Below, piece after piece: positions 51,084 to 60,605 of a stretch of DNA of 64,000 nt. Origin of the DNA: Desulfotomaculum sp. (GTDB lineage Bacteria; Bacillota; Desulfotomaculia; Desulfotomaculales; Nap2-2B); the NCBI GenBank assembly GCA_003485325.1, contig DMZI01000035.1:68-64067 (forward strand). The letters run 5' to 3'. The notes below the pieces were generated by a model that was not told where the DNA came from, ran no database searches, and saw only the letters and a program-made list of their open reading frames with translations. Every line of letters starts with the position of its first letter. Positions within the stretch are counted from its first letter, which is position 1. Both the position numbers and the translations under genes were made by a program.

Positions 51084-51988
51084 AAACTGTTTCTCCCTGT
51101 TTCATCTAAATGCTGCAGGCCTTGATAGATATCTTCCCTGGATATAGTCATAAGTTCCTCACGGTTGGTTTTTTGTTTCTTGATCAATCGGACAGCTTGC
51201 TGCCGAATGGTTTTTTCAATTAAATTTCGCACCAGACGGGCATTGCCGTTATGATTACCTGCAGCAGCCTGTTGTTCTAAAATTGACTTGAGACCCATTT
51301 TAGCCTCGGCGGAAAGCATGTATTGTCTCTGATTCAGCATCAGGTCGGCTATGGCCAGCAGTTCCTCAATAGAGTAATCTGGAAAAGATATCAGGATAGG
51401 GAATCGTGACTTAAGACCGGGATTGCTTTTAATAAACCAGTCCATTTCCCGTTTGTATCCGGCCAGAATTAAAATTAAGCTATCTTTATATTCTTCCATA
51501 CCTTTAACCAGTACATCTATAGCTTCTTTGCCAAAGTCTTTTTCACCGCCCCTGGCTAAAGAATAAGCCTCATCTATAAACAGGACGCCTTCCAGGGCTT
51601 TTTTCAGCTGGGTCCGGGTTTTCTGGGCGGTATGTCCGATATATTCACCAACCAGGTCCGCCCTTTCTACTTCAATAAGGTGCCCTTTTGGAAGCACACC
51701 CATTTCCTTGAAAAGCCTGCCGATAATTCTGGCTACAGTCGTTTTTCCAGTACCCGGATTTCCTTTAAAAATCATATGCAGCGCCTGAGGTTCGGTTGGA
51801 AGCTTCTCCTTTTGTCTCCTTTTCTGAATCTCTACAAAGGCATATATCTCTGCAACCAGCCTTTTTATTTCCTGTAATCCGACTAAAGAATCCAACTCGG
51901 TTAATATTTGTCCAATATTGGAAAGGGTGCAATCCGAATTTTCAGGCTTTTTTTTGCCGTTATTCTGCCACAGCCTAATCCTTATCAA
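51065..51988 (-). CDS. spoVK: Stage V sporulation protein K (AAA+ ATPase)
   Basis: 307-aa ORF with Walker A GNPGTGKTT, Walker B VLFIDEAY and SpoVK/CbbX-type length and pattern. Confidence 0.85.
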   Translation of the reverse strand: MIRIRLWQNNGKKKPENSDCTLSNIGQILTELDSLVGLQEIKRLVAEIYAFVEIQKRRQKEKLPTEPQALHMIFKGNPGTGKTTVARIIGRLFKEMGVLPKGHLIEVERADLVGEYIGHTAQKTRTQLKKALEGVLFIDEAYSLARGGEKDFGKEAIDVLVKGMEEYKDSLILILAGYKREMDWFIKSNPGLKSRFPILISFPDYSIEELLAIADLMLNQRQYMLSAEAKMGLKSILEQQAAAGNHNGNARLVRNLIEKTIRQQAVRLIKKQKTNREELMTISREDIYQGLQHLDETGRNSLWDIGI

Positions 51989-52067
51989 TGCAAGTCACCT
52001 CTTTGGCTGCCTTATTTTAAATATACGTCAGAAGGTAACTTGCCTGACCATAAAAGTTTAAGATGAA

Positions 52068-52862
52068 TTAAAACCTGGCTGTAAGCAGCGATTCCTCACA
52101 TGAGCAGTTTCTTCTGCTTGTTATTGCTTCAATAGCCGCGTATAACAAAGTTCTAAGCCGATCGTTGTTTTCATTAAAAACTTTAAAAACTTCTTCATGG
52201 CTTACCGGGTTAATAAACTCTTCCCCTTCCAGACCCACGTCATAATCGGTAATTAAAGATATATTTACATAACAGATTCCCAGTTCACGGGCCAATATAG
52301 TTTCGGGATATTGTGTCATGTTAATTACTTCCCAGCCCATTTTCGTAAACCACCGGCTTTCCGACCGGGTTGAAAAGCGGGGCCCCTGGATGACGACTAC
52401 GGTTCCCTGCTCATGAAGTGAAAAACCCAGTTCCTTACACTTATTGATGACAAGCTTGCGCATTTCAGGGCAGTAGGGATCAGCTGCGCTTATATGGGTT
52501 GTAATGGGGCCATCATAAAAAGTATCCCCCCTACCCCATGTCCTGTCCACGAACTGATCACAGATTACAAAACTACCTCTTCTAACATGAGCTTGAAGGC
52601 TCCCCGCCGCACAAGGCCCGAATATCCTGTTTACGCCCAACTTGGACATTGCATAGACATTAGCCCTGTAGTTGATCATGTGGGGCGGTATGGTATGTTC
52701 CTTTCCATGCCGCGGTAAAAAGGCAATCCGTTTGCCTTTAAAATCAGCGATGGCTATCTTATCGCTAGGCGGTCCATAAGGTGTTTCGATTTTATATTCC
52801 TTCACGTTATCAAGAAAACGGTAAAAACCAGAACCTCCAAAAATACCTATTTCGGCCTCCAT
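52068..52862 (-). CDS. mtnP: S-methyl-5'-thioadenosine phosphorylase family protein (paralog 1)
   Basis: PNP/MTAP family pattern (IGIFGGSGFY, FLPRHG, VINMT). The start is set at ATG 52862 (MEAEIGIFGG). Confidence 0.85.
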   Translation of the reverse strand: MEAEIGIFGGSGFYRFLDNVKEYKIETPYGPPSDKIAIADFKGKRIAFLPRHGKEHTIPPHMINYRANVYAMSKLGVNRIFGPCAAGSLQAHVRRGSFVICDQFVDRTWGRGDTFYDGPITTHISAADPYCPEMRKLVINKCKELGFSLHEQGTVVVIQGPRFSTRSESRWFTKMGWEVINMTQYPETILARELGICYVNISLITDYDVGLEGEEFINPVSHEEVFKVFNENNDRLRTLLYAAIEAITSRRNCSCEESLLTARF

Positions 52863-52902
52863 GGTTTCACCTCGCAAAAATTTTTAAAACCATGACAAAT
52901 TA

Positions 52903-53445
52903 TTACTCCTTGTATTGCAGCAGTGAAAAGACATCATACTGCTGGAGCTTGTTCCTTCCGTTCAACAGGGCGAGTTCGATTAAGAAAGCGAATCCATTAA
53001 CCCTGCCTCCGCATTTTTCAACAAGCTCAGCTGCCGCGGCGGCTGTTCCGCCTGTAGCTAAAAGGTCGTCAATTATAACTACTCCTTCTTTCTTGCTAAA
53101 GACGTCCATATGCATTTCCACGGATTCTTGCCCGTATTCAAGGAAGTAGCTTGCTTTTACCGTTGCAGCAGGTAATTTTCCCTTTTTGCGGATGGGAAGA
53201 AAAGGAATTTTAAGACGATCGGCAATCGCTCCGCCAAAGATAAAGCCCCGGGATTCGATAGCTACTATAGCCTCCGAATTTTTTTTGATGCAGTATTCGG
53301 CAAGCATATCGTTTACCTGGCTAAAAAGAGGTCCATCCTGCAAAAGGGTTGTTATATCCCGAAAAAGGATCCCCTTTTTTGGAAAATCAGGAATCTCCCT
53401 TATTCTATTTTTCATAATATTTTCTTGTTCAGGAGTCAGATTCAT
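52903..53445 (-). CDS. apt: Adenine phosphoribosyltransferase
   Basis: 180-aa ORF with the PRPP-binding motif VVIIDDLLATGGTA and the N-terminal motif IREIPDFPKKGILFRDIT. Confidence 0.93.
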   Translation of the reverse strand: MNLTPEQENIMKNRIREIPDFPKKGILFRDITTLLQDGPLFSQVNDMLAEYCIKKNSEAIVAIESRGFIFGGAIADRLKIPFLPIRKKGKLPAATVKASYFLEYGQESVEMHMDVFSKKEGVVIIDDLLATGGTAAAAAELVEKCGGRVNGFAFLIELALLNGRNKLQQYDVFSLLQYKE

Positions 53446-53466
53446 ATTTACACTCCCCTTAATTTT

Positions 53467-54714
53467 TTAGGTCCCGGATTGCCAGGAGCTTAGATATTCC
53501 ACTTGCTCGGGACTCAGCGACTCAATCTTTATACCGAGGCTTTCCAGTTTTAACCGCGCTACCAGGGAATCAATTTCTTCCGGTACCGGGTAAACCTTCT
53601 TTTTCAGCTTTTTTTGGTTTTTGACGAGCCAGGCCGAAACCAGAGCCTGGTTTGCGAAGCTCATGTCCATAACCTGTGCTGGATGCCCTTCCGCAGCAGC
53701 AAGATTAATCAGGCGTCCCTCAGCCAGCAGAAAAAGTTTTTTGCCGTCCGCCATTTGATACTGGACAACATTTTCCTTGACATCTTTTTGTTCAACCGCT
53801 TCCTGGGCTAACGCTTCAATGTTGATTTCTACGTTGAAATGGCCTGAATTAGCCAGGATGGCCCCGTCTTTCATAACTTTAAAATGCTTGCGGTCAATAA
53901 CATTTTTATTGCCGGTTACAGTAAGAAAAATATCTCCTGCAGCTGCCGCGTCTGTCATATTCATTACCTGAAAACCATCCATCAATGCTTCGAGGGCTCT
54001 TAAAGGATCCACTTCAACAACTGAAACATTTGCTCCCATCCCTCTTGCTTTGGCGGCGACACCCTTTCCGCACCATCCATAACCTACAACAACAAAATTT
54101 GTTCCGGCAATGAGGTAGTTGGTAGCGCGTAAGATCCCGTCAAGCGATGATTGGCCGGTCCCGTAACGGTTATCAAAAAGATGTTTGGTAAGAGCGTCAT
54201 TTACGGCGACAATCGGATATGCCAGAGCGCCGCTCTTTTCCATGGAACGCAGCCTGATCACTCCCGTGGTTGTTTCTTCAGTTCCAGCCAGGATTTCCTT
54301 GAGGAGTTCTTTTTTTTGGGTATGGATTGTGCTTACTAAATCAGCTCCGTCGTCCATAGTGATTTGAGGCGCCGTATCCAAAACGTTTAGTATGTGCTGG
54401 TAATAAGTATTTGTATCTTCACCCCGTTTGGCATAGGTAGGAATTCCATAAGCGCTGTTCAAGGCGGCCGTAACATCGTCCTGTGTGCTCAAGGGATTTG
54501 AAGCGCATAGCGAAACTGAAGCTCCTCCTTCTTTTAAAGCTATGACAAGATTTGCGGTTTCAGTTGTTACATGAAGGCATGCCCCGATCCGGATTCCCTT
54601 TAAAGGTTTTTCCTCTTTCCATTTTTCCGCTATTGCGCTTACGACAGGCATCTTTATACGAGCCCAATTGATTCTGGCGACACCTTTTTGCACAAGCTCT
54701 TTTTTAGTCATCAT
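53467..54714 (-). CDS. ahcY: Adenosylhomocysteinase
   Basis: 415-aa ORF with the NAD-binding motif VVVGYGWCGKGVA and AhcY-type N-terminal and C-terminal patterns. Confidence 0.93.
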   Translation of the reverse strand: MMTKKELVQKGVARINWARIKMPVVSAIAEKWKEEKPLKGIRIGACLHVTTETANLVIALKEGGASVSLCASNPLSTQDDVTAALNSAYGIPTYAKRGEDTNTYYQHILNVLDTAPQITMDDGADLVSTIHTQKKELLKEILAGTEETTTGVIRLRSMEKSGALAYPIVAVNDALTKHLFDNRYGTGQSSLDGILRATNYLIAGTNFVVVGYGWCGKGVAAKARGMGANVSVVEVDPLRALEALMDGFQVMNMTDAAAAGDIFLTVTGNKNVIDRKHFKVMKDGAILANSGHFNVEINIEALAQEAVEQKDVKENVVQYQMADGKKLFLLAEGRLINLAAAEGHPAQVMDMSFANQALVSAWLVKNQKKLKKKVYPVPEEIDSLVARLKLESLGIKIESLSPEQVEYLSSWQSGT

Positions 54715-55274
54715 CTAACTCCTTTTATTAAGAAAGTCTTTAAATCACAGAAGTACTTCAGCTTGCAGATATGCTCAACCGAACAAGTATAAACGTACGC
54801 CTGTTCAAGTGACGCGCCGGCGGCAAAAATACCATGCCCCTTCGTTATTGCCGCCTTATGATTAACAAGAGCATTTGCCACTTCCTCAGCTAATTCCTGA
54901 GATCCCGCCTTTCCGGCAACAATAGGTATTTCCTGCATAAAACTTTTGCTTTCCGTATCGTCGTGGAAAATTACCCGGCTGTTGGTCAGCATAGACTCTA
55001 TTGTTGCAAAAGGAGAATGAACATGCACAACTGCCTGCGCCGGTGTTTTAATATAAATCTGGCGGTGAACTATTGTTTCAGAGGAAGCGTTTGCAGCGTT
55101 TCCTTTTTGAATATTTACCTCGACCAGCATTTGTTCATTAATTTCGTCCAAAAGGCATCCGCTTCTGGTGATCAACAGCATATCACCTCTGCGTATACTA
55201 ATATTTCCAAAATGTGAGTGGTTCAGGCCATAAGCCACTAACTTTTTTCCGTATTTTTCTATCTCTTGCCACAT
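54711..55274 (-). CDS. Class II aldolase/adducin-family protein (MtnB-like dehydratase or MTRu-1-P / 5-deoxyribulose-1-P aldolase)
   Basis: 187-aa ORF with a class II aldolase fold pattern and metal-binding His residues (VHVHSP, GHGIFAAG). It overlaps ahcY by 4 nt. Confidence 0.75.
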   Translation of the reverse strand: MWQEIEKYGKKLVAYGLNHSHFGNISIRRGDMLLITRSGCLLDEINEQMLVEVNIQKGNAANASSETIVHRQIYIKTPAQAVVHVHSPFATIESMLTNSRVIFHDDTESKSFMQEIPIVAGKAGSQELAEEVANALVNHKAAITKGHGIFAAGASLEQAYVYTCSVEHICKLKYFCDLKTFLIKGVR

Positions 55275-55358
55275 GTAAATTCTACCATATCCTTAACGCT
55301 GACATTCAATAATTACTTTTAAAGAATCATGTCCGGAAACGACATACTGAAAACCAAT

Positions 55359-55520
55359 CCCTCGGACTCGGTCAAGACTTGGCGCTAATGCGACCTCAAA
55401 CAATTCCATCGCATATCCTCGGGTTTACTTGTTTATTGAATGAAGGCTCAAAATCGCACTTAAGGCATTGACCTCTTGTTGATGAATTTTCAATCCTGAT
55501 AGCGCTGCTTTAGTGGCATG
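55359..55520 (-). repeat. Copy C of the dispersed element, in the mtnA / aldolase spacer
   Basis: The reverse complement aligns with 36-199 of copy A, including a 36/36 identical block (55438-55473 versus 88-123). The 5' module also aligns with 33271-33309. Confidence 0.6.
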
Positions 55521-55536
55521 GATATCTAACTGTGCT

Positions 55537-56574
55537 CTATCCCATAATCAAAGCCAGATTTTTATCGTATGGAGGTGTGATAACCCCACGCTCCGTTATA
55601 ATGGCAGTTATTAAGAGGTTTGGTGTTACATCGAAGGCGGGGTTCCATACTTTTACTCCTTCAGGGGCAATCATCTGGCCTAAAATATGTGTTACTTCAA
55701 GATAATTCCTTTCTTCTATAGGAATGTCTTTTCCTTGTTTTATTTTTAAATCGACAGTTGAAACAGGCGCAGCGACATAAAAAGGTATTTTATGTTCTCT
55801 GGCCAGCAGGGCAACTCCGTACGTGCCTATCTTATTGGCCGTATCACCGTTTGACGCTATCCTGTCAGCTCCTACGATAACCAAATCGACCATCTGCTGA
55901 GCCATCAGGCTTGCCGCCATATTATCAGTGATCAGGGTAACAGGTATTTTTTCCTGGACCATTTCCCAGGCTGTAAGCCTGGCGCCCTGCAAAAGAGGTC
56001 TTGTTTCATCCGCAAAAACGCTTATTTCTTTTCCTGCTTCTTTAGCAGCCCTGATTACGCCCAGCGCAGTTCCATATCCAGCTGTAGCAAGCGCGCCTGC
56101 GTTACAATGGGTTAAAATCCTTGCCATGTCCGGAATCAGCTTTTCTCCATAGTTTCCGATGGCTTTATTAGCGTTTACATCATCTGATAAAATTGCGTGA
56201 GCTTCCTGAAGAAGCATATTTTTCAATTGTGCAGGGGTAAGTGAGGCTGCGTTTGCCTCATTCATTTTTTGCAGCATACGTTCCAAAGCCCAACGCAGGT
56301 TTACTGCAGTCGGGCGGGTGAGCCACAATTCCCGGGCTATCCTTTTCGCTTCTGCTATAAAGTCCTCACTAGTGTTAAATTGTTTTTCTGATAAGCCCAG
56401 GACAAGGCCGTAAGCCGCAGCTACCCCGATAGCCGGCGCTCCCCGGACGCTTAAATCGCGGATTGCTTTGGCAACCGTTTGGTAGTCTTTACATTTTAGG
56501 TACTCCACTTTTTGCGGAAGTTTAGTCTGATCAAGCAGCAATAATGAATCTTTTTCCCAGCGCATTGTATCCAT
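55537..56574 (-). CDS. mtnA: S-methyl-5-thioribose-1-phosphate isomerase
   Basis: 345-aa ORF with the eIF-2B alpha/beta/delta-like pattern (VRGAPAIG, GADRIASNGDTANKIGTY). Confidence 0.92.
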   Translation of the reverse strand: MDTMRWEKDSLLLLDQTKLPQKVEYLKCKDYQTVAKAIRDLSVRGAPAIGVAAAYGLVLGLSEKQFNTSEDFIAEAKRIARELWLTRPTAVNLRWALERMLQKMNEANAASLTPAQLKNMLLQEAHAILSDDVNANKAIGNYGEKLIPDMARILTHCNAGALATAGYGTALGVIRAAKEAGKEISVFADETRPLLQGARLTAWEMVQEKIPVTLITDNMAASLMAQQMVDLVIVGADRIASNGDTANKIGTYGVALLAREHKIPFYVAAPVSTVDLKIKQGKDIPIEERNYLEVTHILGQMIAPEGVKVWNPAFDVTPNLLITAIITERGVITPPYDKNLALIMG

Positions 56575-57359
56575 TAAACAATGTGCCCCTTAATTAGGGA
56601 TTCCTGACATGAACATGCCCGTGAAAGATCCAGAACTTCAATTGTTTTCTGTAAAAGAGCATTTATATTTGCAGCATTCTGGGTCATTGCTTCAACGACT
56701 TCATTATGTGAAAGCGCGCGCATTGATGAAATACCGGCAGCAAAATTTGTGATCAGAGCGATTGCCGCGTAGCAGATTCCTGCTTCTCTGGCCAGGACTG
56801 CTTCCGGGACACCTGTCATACCTATAACGTCTCCGCCTAAAGACTTGTACATCCGTGTTTCAGCAGGTGTTTCAAACCTCGGGCCTTCGGTACATACATA
56901 TGTCCCGCCATAGTGGCAGGCCAGTCCAAGTTGTTTAGTGGTTAAAGCCAGCAATCTGCGCAGGTGTGTACAATACGGGGCTGTCATGTCCAGGTGGAGC
57001 ACTTCTTTTTCCTGAAAAGTTTGCGGGCGGGACCTGGTAAAATCCAAAAACTGGTTTACGAGAACAATTTCTCCGGGTTTTAGGTCTGTGTTCAAAGAAC
57101 CAACAGCGGCCACGGCTAAGATAGCTTTCACACCCAAAGTTTTTAAGCCCCAGATATTTGCCCTGTGATTGATCAGGTGAGGAGGTACTGTATGATCCTC
57201 ACCATGGCGCGCAATGAAAACAACTTCCTTGTCGTGCAAGCGCCCGGCATTAATACTTACCTGCCCATAGGGAGTATACAATACTTCCTTTTGGGGGTTT
57301 TCAAGCATTCCGGCATTATAAATTCCAGTTCCGCCGATAATACCAACAAGTTTTGCCAT
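56574..57359 (-). CDS. mtnP: S-methyl-5'-thioadenosine phosphorylase family protein (paralog 2)
   Basis: 261-aa ORF of the PNP/MTAP family (IGIIGGTGIY, FIARHG, VIGMT). It overlaps mtnA by 1 nt. Confidence 0.85.
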   Translation of the reverse strand: MAKLVGIIGGTGIYNAGMLENPQKEVLYTPYGQVSINAGRLHDKEVVFIARHGEDHTVPPHLINHRANIWGLKTLGVKAILAVAAVGSLNTDLKPGEIVLVNQFLDFTRSRPQTFQEKEVLHLDMTAPYCTHLRRLLALTTKQLGLACHYGGTYVCTEGPRFETPAETRMYKSLGGDVIGMTGVPEAVLAREAGICYAAIALITNFAAGISSMRALSHNEVVEAMTQNAANINALLQKTIEVLDLSRACSCQESLIKGHIV

Positions 57360-57382
57360 ATCCGATCACCCCGAATCAATGC

Positions 57383-58291
57383 CTAGGCAAACAAGGCATT
57401 AACAAACTCTTCAGCATTAAAGGGCTGCAAGTCATCAATCTTTTCCCCCACGCCGACAAATTTTACCGGCGTGCCCAGGGCGCCTTTTATTCCGATTACT
57501 ATGCCTCCCTTTGCAGTGCTGTCCAATTTTGTCAGCACTATACCCGTCACACCCATAATGGCGCCGAATGTTCTGGCTTGGGTTAAAGCGTTCTGACCAT
57601 TTGTAGCGTCCAGGACCAGCAATACTTCCTGAGGCGCGTCTTTCGCTTCCCGGGATAGAACGCGCTCAATCTTCTTGAGTTCTTCCATCAGGTTGCTTTT
57701 TATGTGCAGCCTTCCTGCCGTATCTACTATAAGAATGTCCGCCTTGCGTGCCTTAGCGGCCTGCAGGGCATCGAAAGCAACTGCGGCAGGATCTGATCCT
57801 TCCTGGTGTTTGATAACTTCGGCGCCGACCCTGCTGCTTAGAATCTCCAGCTGATCTATGGCCGCCGCCCTGAAAGTGTCTGAAGCTGCGATAATAACCT
57901 TCCTGCCGTCCTGTACAAACCGGTGGGCCAGTTTGCCGATCGTAGTCGTCTTCCCAGTACCGTTTACGCCTATGACCAGAATTACGGTAGGCGGTTCTCC
58001 CATGTTCAGAGCGTTTGTTCCTTCTTCAAGGGTGTTTCTGATTATTTCTTTGAGCAGAGGTTTCAAACCGGCAGGATCTTTTATTTTCCGCTCCTTTACT
58101 TTTTGGCGAAGCTTGTCTGCGAGTTCGGCGGAAACCTCAGCGCCGACATCAGCCTGGATTAAAATATCTTCAAGTTCGTCGTAGATATTTTCATCAATGG
58201 CTTTTTTCACGGTTACTAATTCTTCTACTTTGCCGACCAGGTTCTGTCTTGTTTTAGACAGGCCTTGTTTTAGTTTCTCAAAAAAAGACAT
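57383..58291 (-). CDS. ftsY: Signal recognition particle receptor FtsY
   Basis: 302-aa ORF with the SRP GTPase motifs GVNGTGKTTTIGKLA, DTAGR and TKLD. Confidence 0.95.
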   Translation of the reverse strand: MSFFEKLKQGLSKTRQNLVGKVEELVTVKKAIDENIYDELEDILIQADVGAEVSAELADKLRQKVKERKIKDPAGLKPLLKEIIRNTLEEGTNALNMGEPPTVILVIGVNGTGKTTTIGKLAHRFVQDGRKVIIAASDTFRAAAIDQLEILSSRVGAEVIKHQEGSDPAAVAFDALQAAKARKADILIVDTAGRLHIKSNLMEELKKIERVLSREAKDAPQEVLLVLDATNGQNALTQARTFGAIMGVTGIVLTKLDSTAKGGIVIGIKGALGTPVKFVGVGEKIDDLQPFNAEEFVNALFA

Positions 58292-58299
58292 ATTTCCAC

Positions 58300-59016
58300 C
58301 TATGATGTTTCGTTTTTGATTTTATTCAGTGCCTGGCGGGCAGCCTGCTGTTCCGCTTCTTTCTTGGAGTGACCTGTTCCCCGTCCAATTTCCTGCCCGT
58401 GGATGTAAACTCCGGAGGTGAATAACTTGTTATGATCAGGCCCTTCTTCATTGATTATTGCATAAATAACAGGATCGGGATCTTTTTGCTGAAGAAATTC
58501 CTGAAGTTCTGTCTTGTAATCCTTTCCGGCGCGTCCTTCCATCAGATCATTAATTACTGCTTTAAGACTGTTAATTGCAACAAGTGCGGCCCGATCCAAC
58601 CCCTGGTCTAAAAAAATTGCCCCCAGTAATGCCTCAAAAGCATCTGCAAGAATAGATGGCCTGTTTCTGCCCCCGGAGTGTTCTTCACCTCTTCCGATAA
58701 GCAGGCAATTGCCAAGATTAAGTTCTTTAGCTGCCCTGGCCAGGGAGGGTTCACAGACAAGAGTTGACCTAATCTTGGTCAACTCTCCTTCAGCGCTGCC
58801 GGGGTATGTTTTAAAAAGATAATTGCTGATCGAAAGCTCTAATACGGCATCACCTAGAAACTCAAGACGCTGGTTGTCTTCAAGATCCTGTGTCTTGTTT
58901 TCATATGCATGTGAACCATGAGTCAGGGCTGTTTGCAAAAGTTTTTCATTATTCCAGGCAAATCCAAGCATTTTCTTCAAACTGGCAATATTCTGTCTGA
59001 GGTTAGATTCGTGCAT
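58300..59016 (-). CDS. rnc: Ribonuclease III
   Basis: It has the RNase III signature ERLEFLGDAVLEL and a C-terminal dsRBD. The start is set at ATG 59016, 5 nt after the fabF stop. The track's 17-codon extension overlaps fabF. Confidence 0.93.
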   Translation of the reverse strand: MHESNLRQNIASLKKMLGFAWNNEKLLQTALTHGSHAYENKTQDLEDNQRLEFLGDAVLELSISNYLFKTYPGSAEGELTKIRSTLVCEPSLARAAKELNLGNCLLIGRGEEHSGGRNRPSILADAFEALLGAIFLDQGLDRAALVAINSLKAVINDLMEGRAGKDYKTELQEFLQQKDPDPVIYAIINEEGPDHNKLFTSGVYIHGQEIGRGTGHSKKEAEQQAARQALNKIKNETS

Positions 59017-59020
59017 TTGC

Positions 59021-60262
59021 TTATTCTTTAAACTCCCTGAACAGTAAAGATACGTTATGACCGCCAAATCCGAGTGAATTGTTCAGGGCGATTTTTACGG
59101 GCATTGGACGGGCCTCATTCGGAACATAATCAAGATCGCATTCCGGATCGGGATGATCATAATTTATAGTTGGAGGAACTACTTTCTTGCATATAGTCAT
59201 TATACATGTAACTGCTTCAACTCCTCCCGCGGCTCCGAGAAGATGCCCGGTCATGGACTTGGTGGAGCTTACGGCAAGTTTGTTTGTTGAACCGCTAAAG
59301 AGTTGTTTAATGGCAATGGTTTCAACCTTATCGCCAAGAGGTGTGGATGTGCCATGAGCATTTATATAATCAACATCGCTGCTTGAAACACTGGCGTCCA
59401 ACATCGCCAGTTCCATGGCTTTTGCGGCTCCTTTGCCATCCGGCTCCGGGGCTGTTATGTGATATGCGTCGCAAGTACACCCGTAACCGGCAATTTCGGC
59501 ATATATATTGGCGCCGCGTGCAAGGGCATGTTCCAGCTTTTCTAAAACCAACATGGCGGCTCCTTCGCCGATTACAAAGCCGTCGCGATTTGAATCGAAA
59601 GGCCTGCTCGCTTTCTTAGGTTCCTCATTGTAAGTAGACATTGCCTTCATAGAGCAGAAACCTGCTATAGCTAAAGGTGTTATAGGGGCTTCAGCGCCGC
59701 CGGTAATCATCACATCGGCATAACCTTGTTTAATAAGGCTGTATGCGTTTCCGAGAGCGTTGTTGCTGGATGCGCAGGCGCTGACTGTAGCCATATTATA
59801 CCCCCTTAATCCATATGCAATGGCTATTTGACCAGCGCCCATATTGGGAATCAGCATGGTTATGAAAAATGGGCTTATCCTGTCAGGCCCGCGATTTATT
59901 AGAATGTTATGCTGTTCTTCAAGTGTCCCTATCCCGCCGATACCCGAACCAAGAATAACTCCGATGCGTTCCCTGTTCAATATTTCCAGATTTAAATTTG
60001 CGTCTTTAATTGCTTGACCAGCAGCTGCCATGGCAAATTGAGTGAAACGGTCCATTCGCCTGGCTTCTTTCTTCTCAAGATAATCTGTCGGATTGAAGTC
60101 CTTTATTTCGGCAGCAATCCGCGTGGCGTAATTTTCAGTGTCGAAAAAGGTAATATAATCTACACCAGAAATTCCTGATGTTAAATTTGCCCAAAAACTA
60201 TCCAGATCTAATCCTAAAGGAGAGATAACTCCCATGCCGGTAATTACCACACGGTTTTGCAA
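59021..60262 (-). CDS. fabF: Beta-ketoacyl-ACP synthase II
   Basis: 413-aa ORF with the active-site region ATVSACASS and the HGTSTP and GHLLGAAG motifs. Confidence 0.95.
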   Translation of the reverse strand: MQNRVVITGMGVISPLGLDLDSFWANLTSGISGVDYITFFDTENYATRIAAEIKDFNPTDYLEKKEARRMDRFTQFAMAAAGQAIKDANLNLEILNRERIGVILGSGIGGIGTLEEQHNILINRGPDRISPFFITMLIPNMGAGQIAIAYGLRGYNMATVSACASSNNALGNAYSLIKQGYADVMITGGAEAPITPLAIAGFCSMKAMSTYNEEPKKASRPFDSNRDGFVIGEGAAMLVLEKLEHALARGANIYAEIAGYGCTCDAYHITAPEPDGKGAAKAMELAMLDASVSSSDVDYINAHGTSTPLGDKVETIAIKQLFSGSTNKLAVSSTKSMTGHLLGAAGGVEAVTCIMTICKKVVPPTINYDHPDPECDLDYVPNEARPMPVKIALNNSLGFGGHNVSLLFREFKE

Positions 60263-60325
60263 ACCTTAAACCTCCCTGAAATAAAAAATTAAGCCTGTTT
60301 TTAGAAGTCTTCATCAAGGCACAAT

Positions 60326-60568
60326 CTACCTGTGATCTTGAATATATTTAACCGCCTGACCGACTGTTCTGATTTTTTCCGCGTTTTCATCTGGAATGAC
60401 TATATCAAATTCTTCTTCAAAAGCCATGATAAGTTCGACTATATCCAAAGAATCCGCCCCAAGGTCTTCGATGAAAGAAGAATCCATATTTACCTCTTCT
60501 TCTTCAACACCAAGCTGTTCTACTATTATTGCCTTTACTTTCTCTGCAATAGATTCCGGACTTGACAT
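60326..60568 (-). CDS. acpP: Acyl carrier protein
   Basis: 80-aa ORF with the phosphopantetheine attachment motif LGADSLD. Confidence 0.95.
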   Translation of the reverse strand: MSSPESIAEKVKAIIVEQLGVEEEEVNMDSSFIEDLGADSLDIVELIMAFEEEFDIVIPDENAEKIRTVGQAVKYIQDHR

Positions 60569-60605
60569 CTTTTCACCCCCTTTTCTTTTTTAATTGTAGT
60601 TTATT

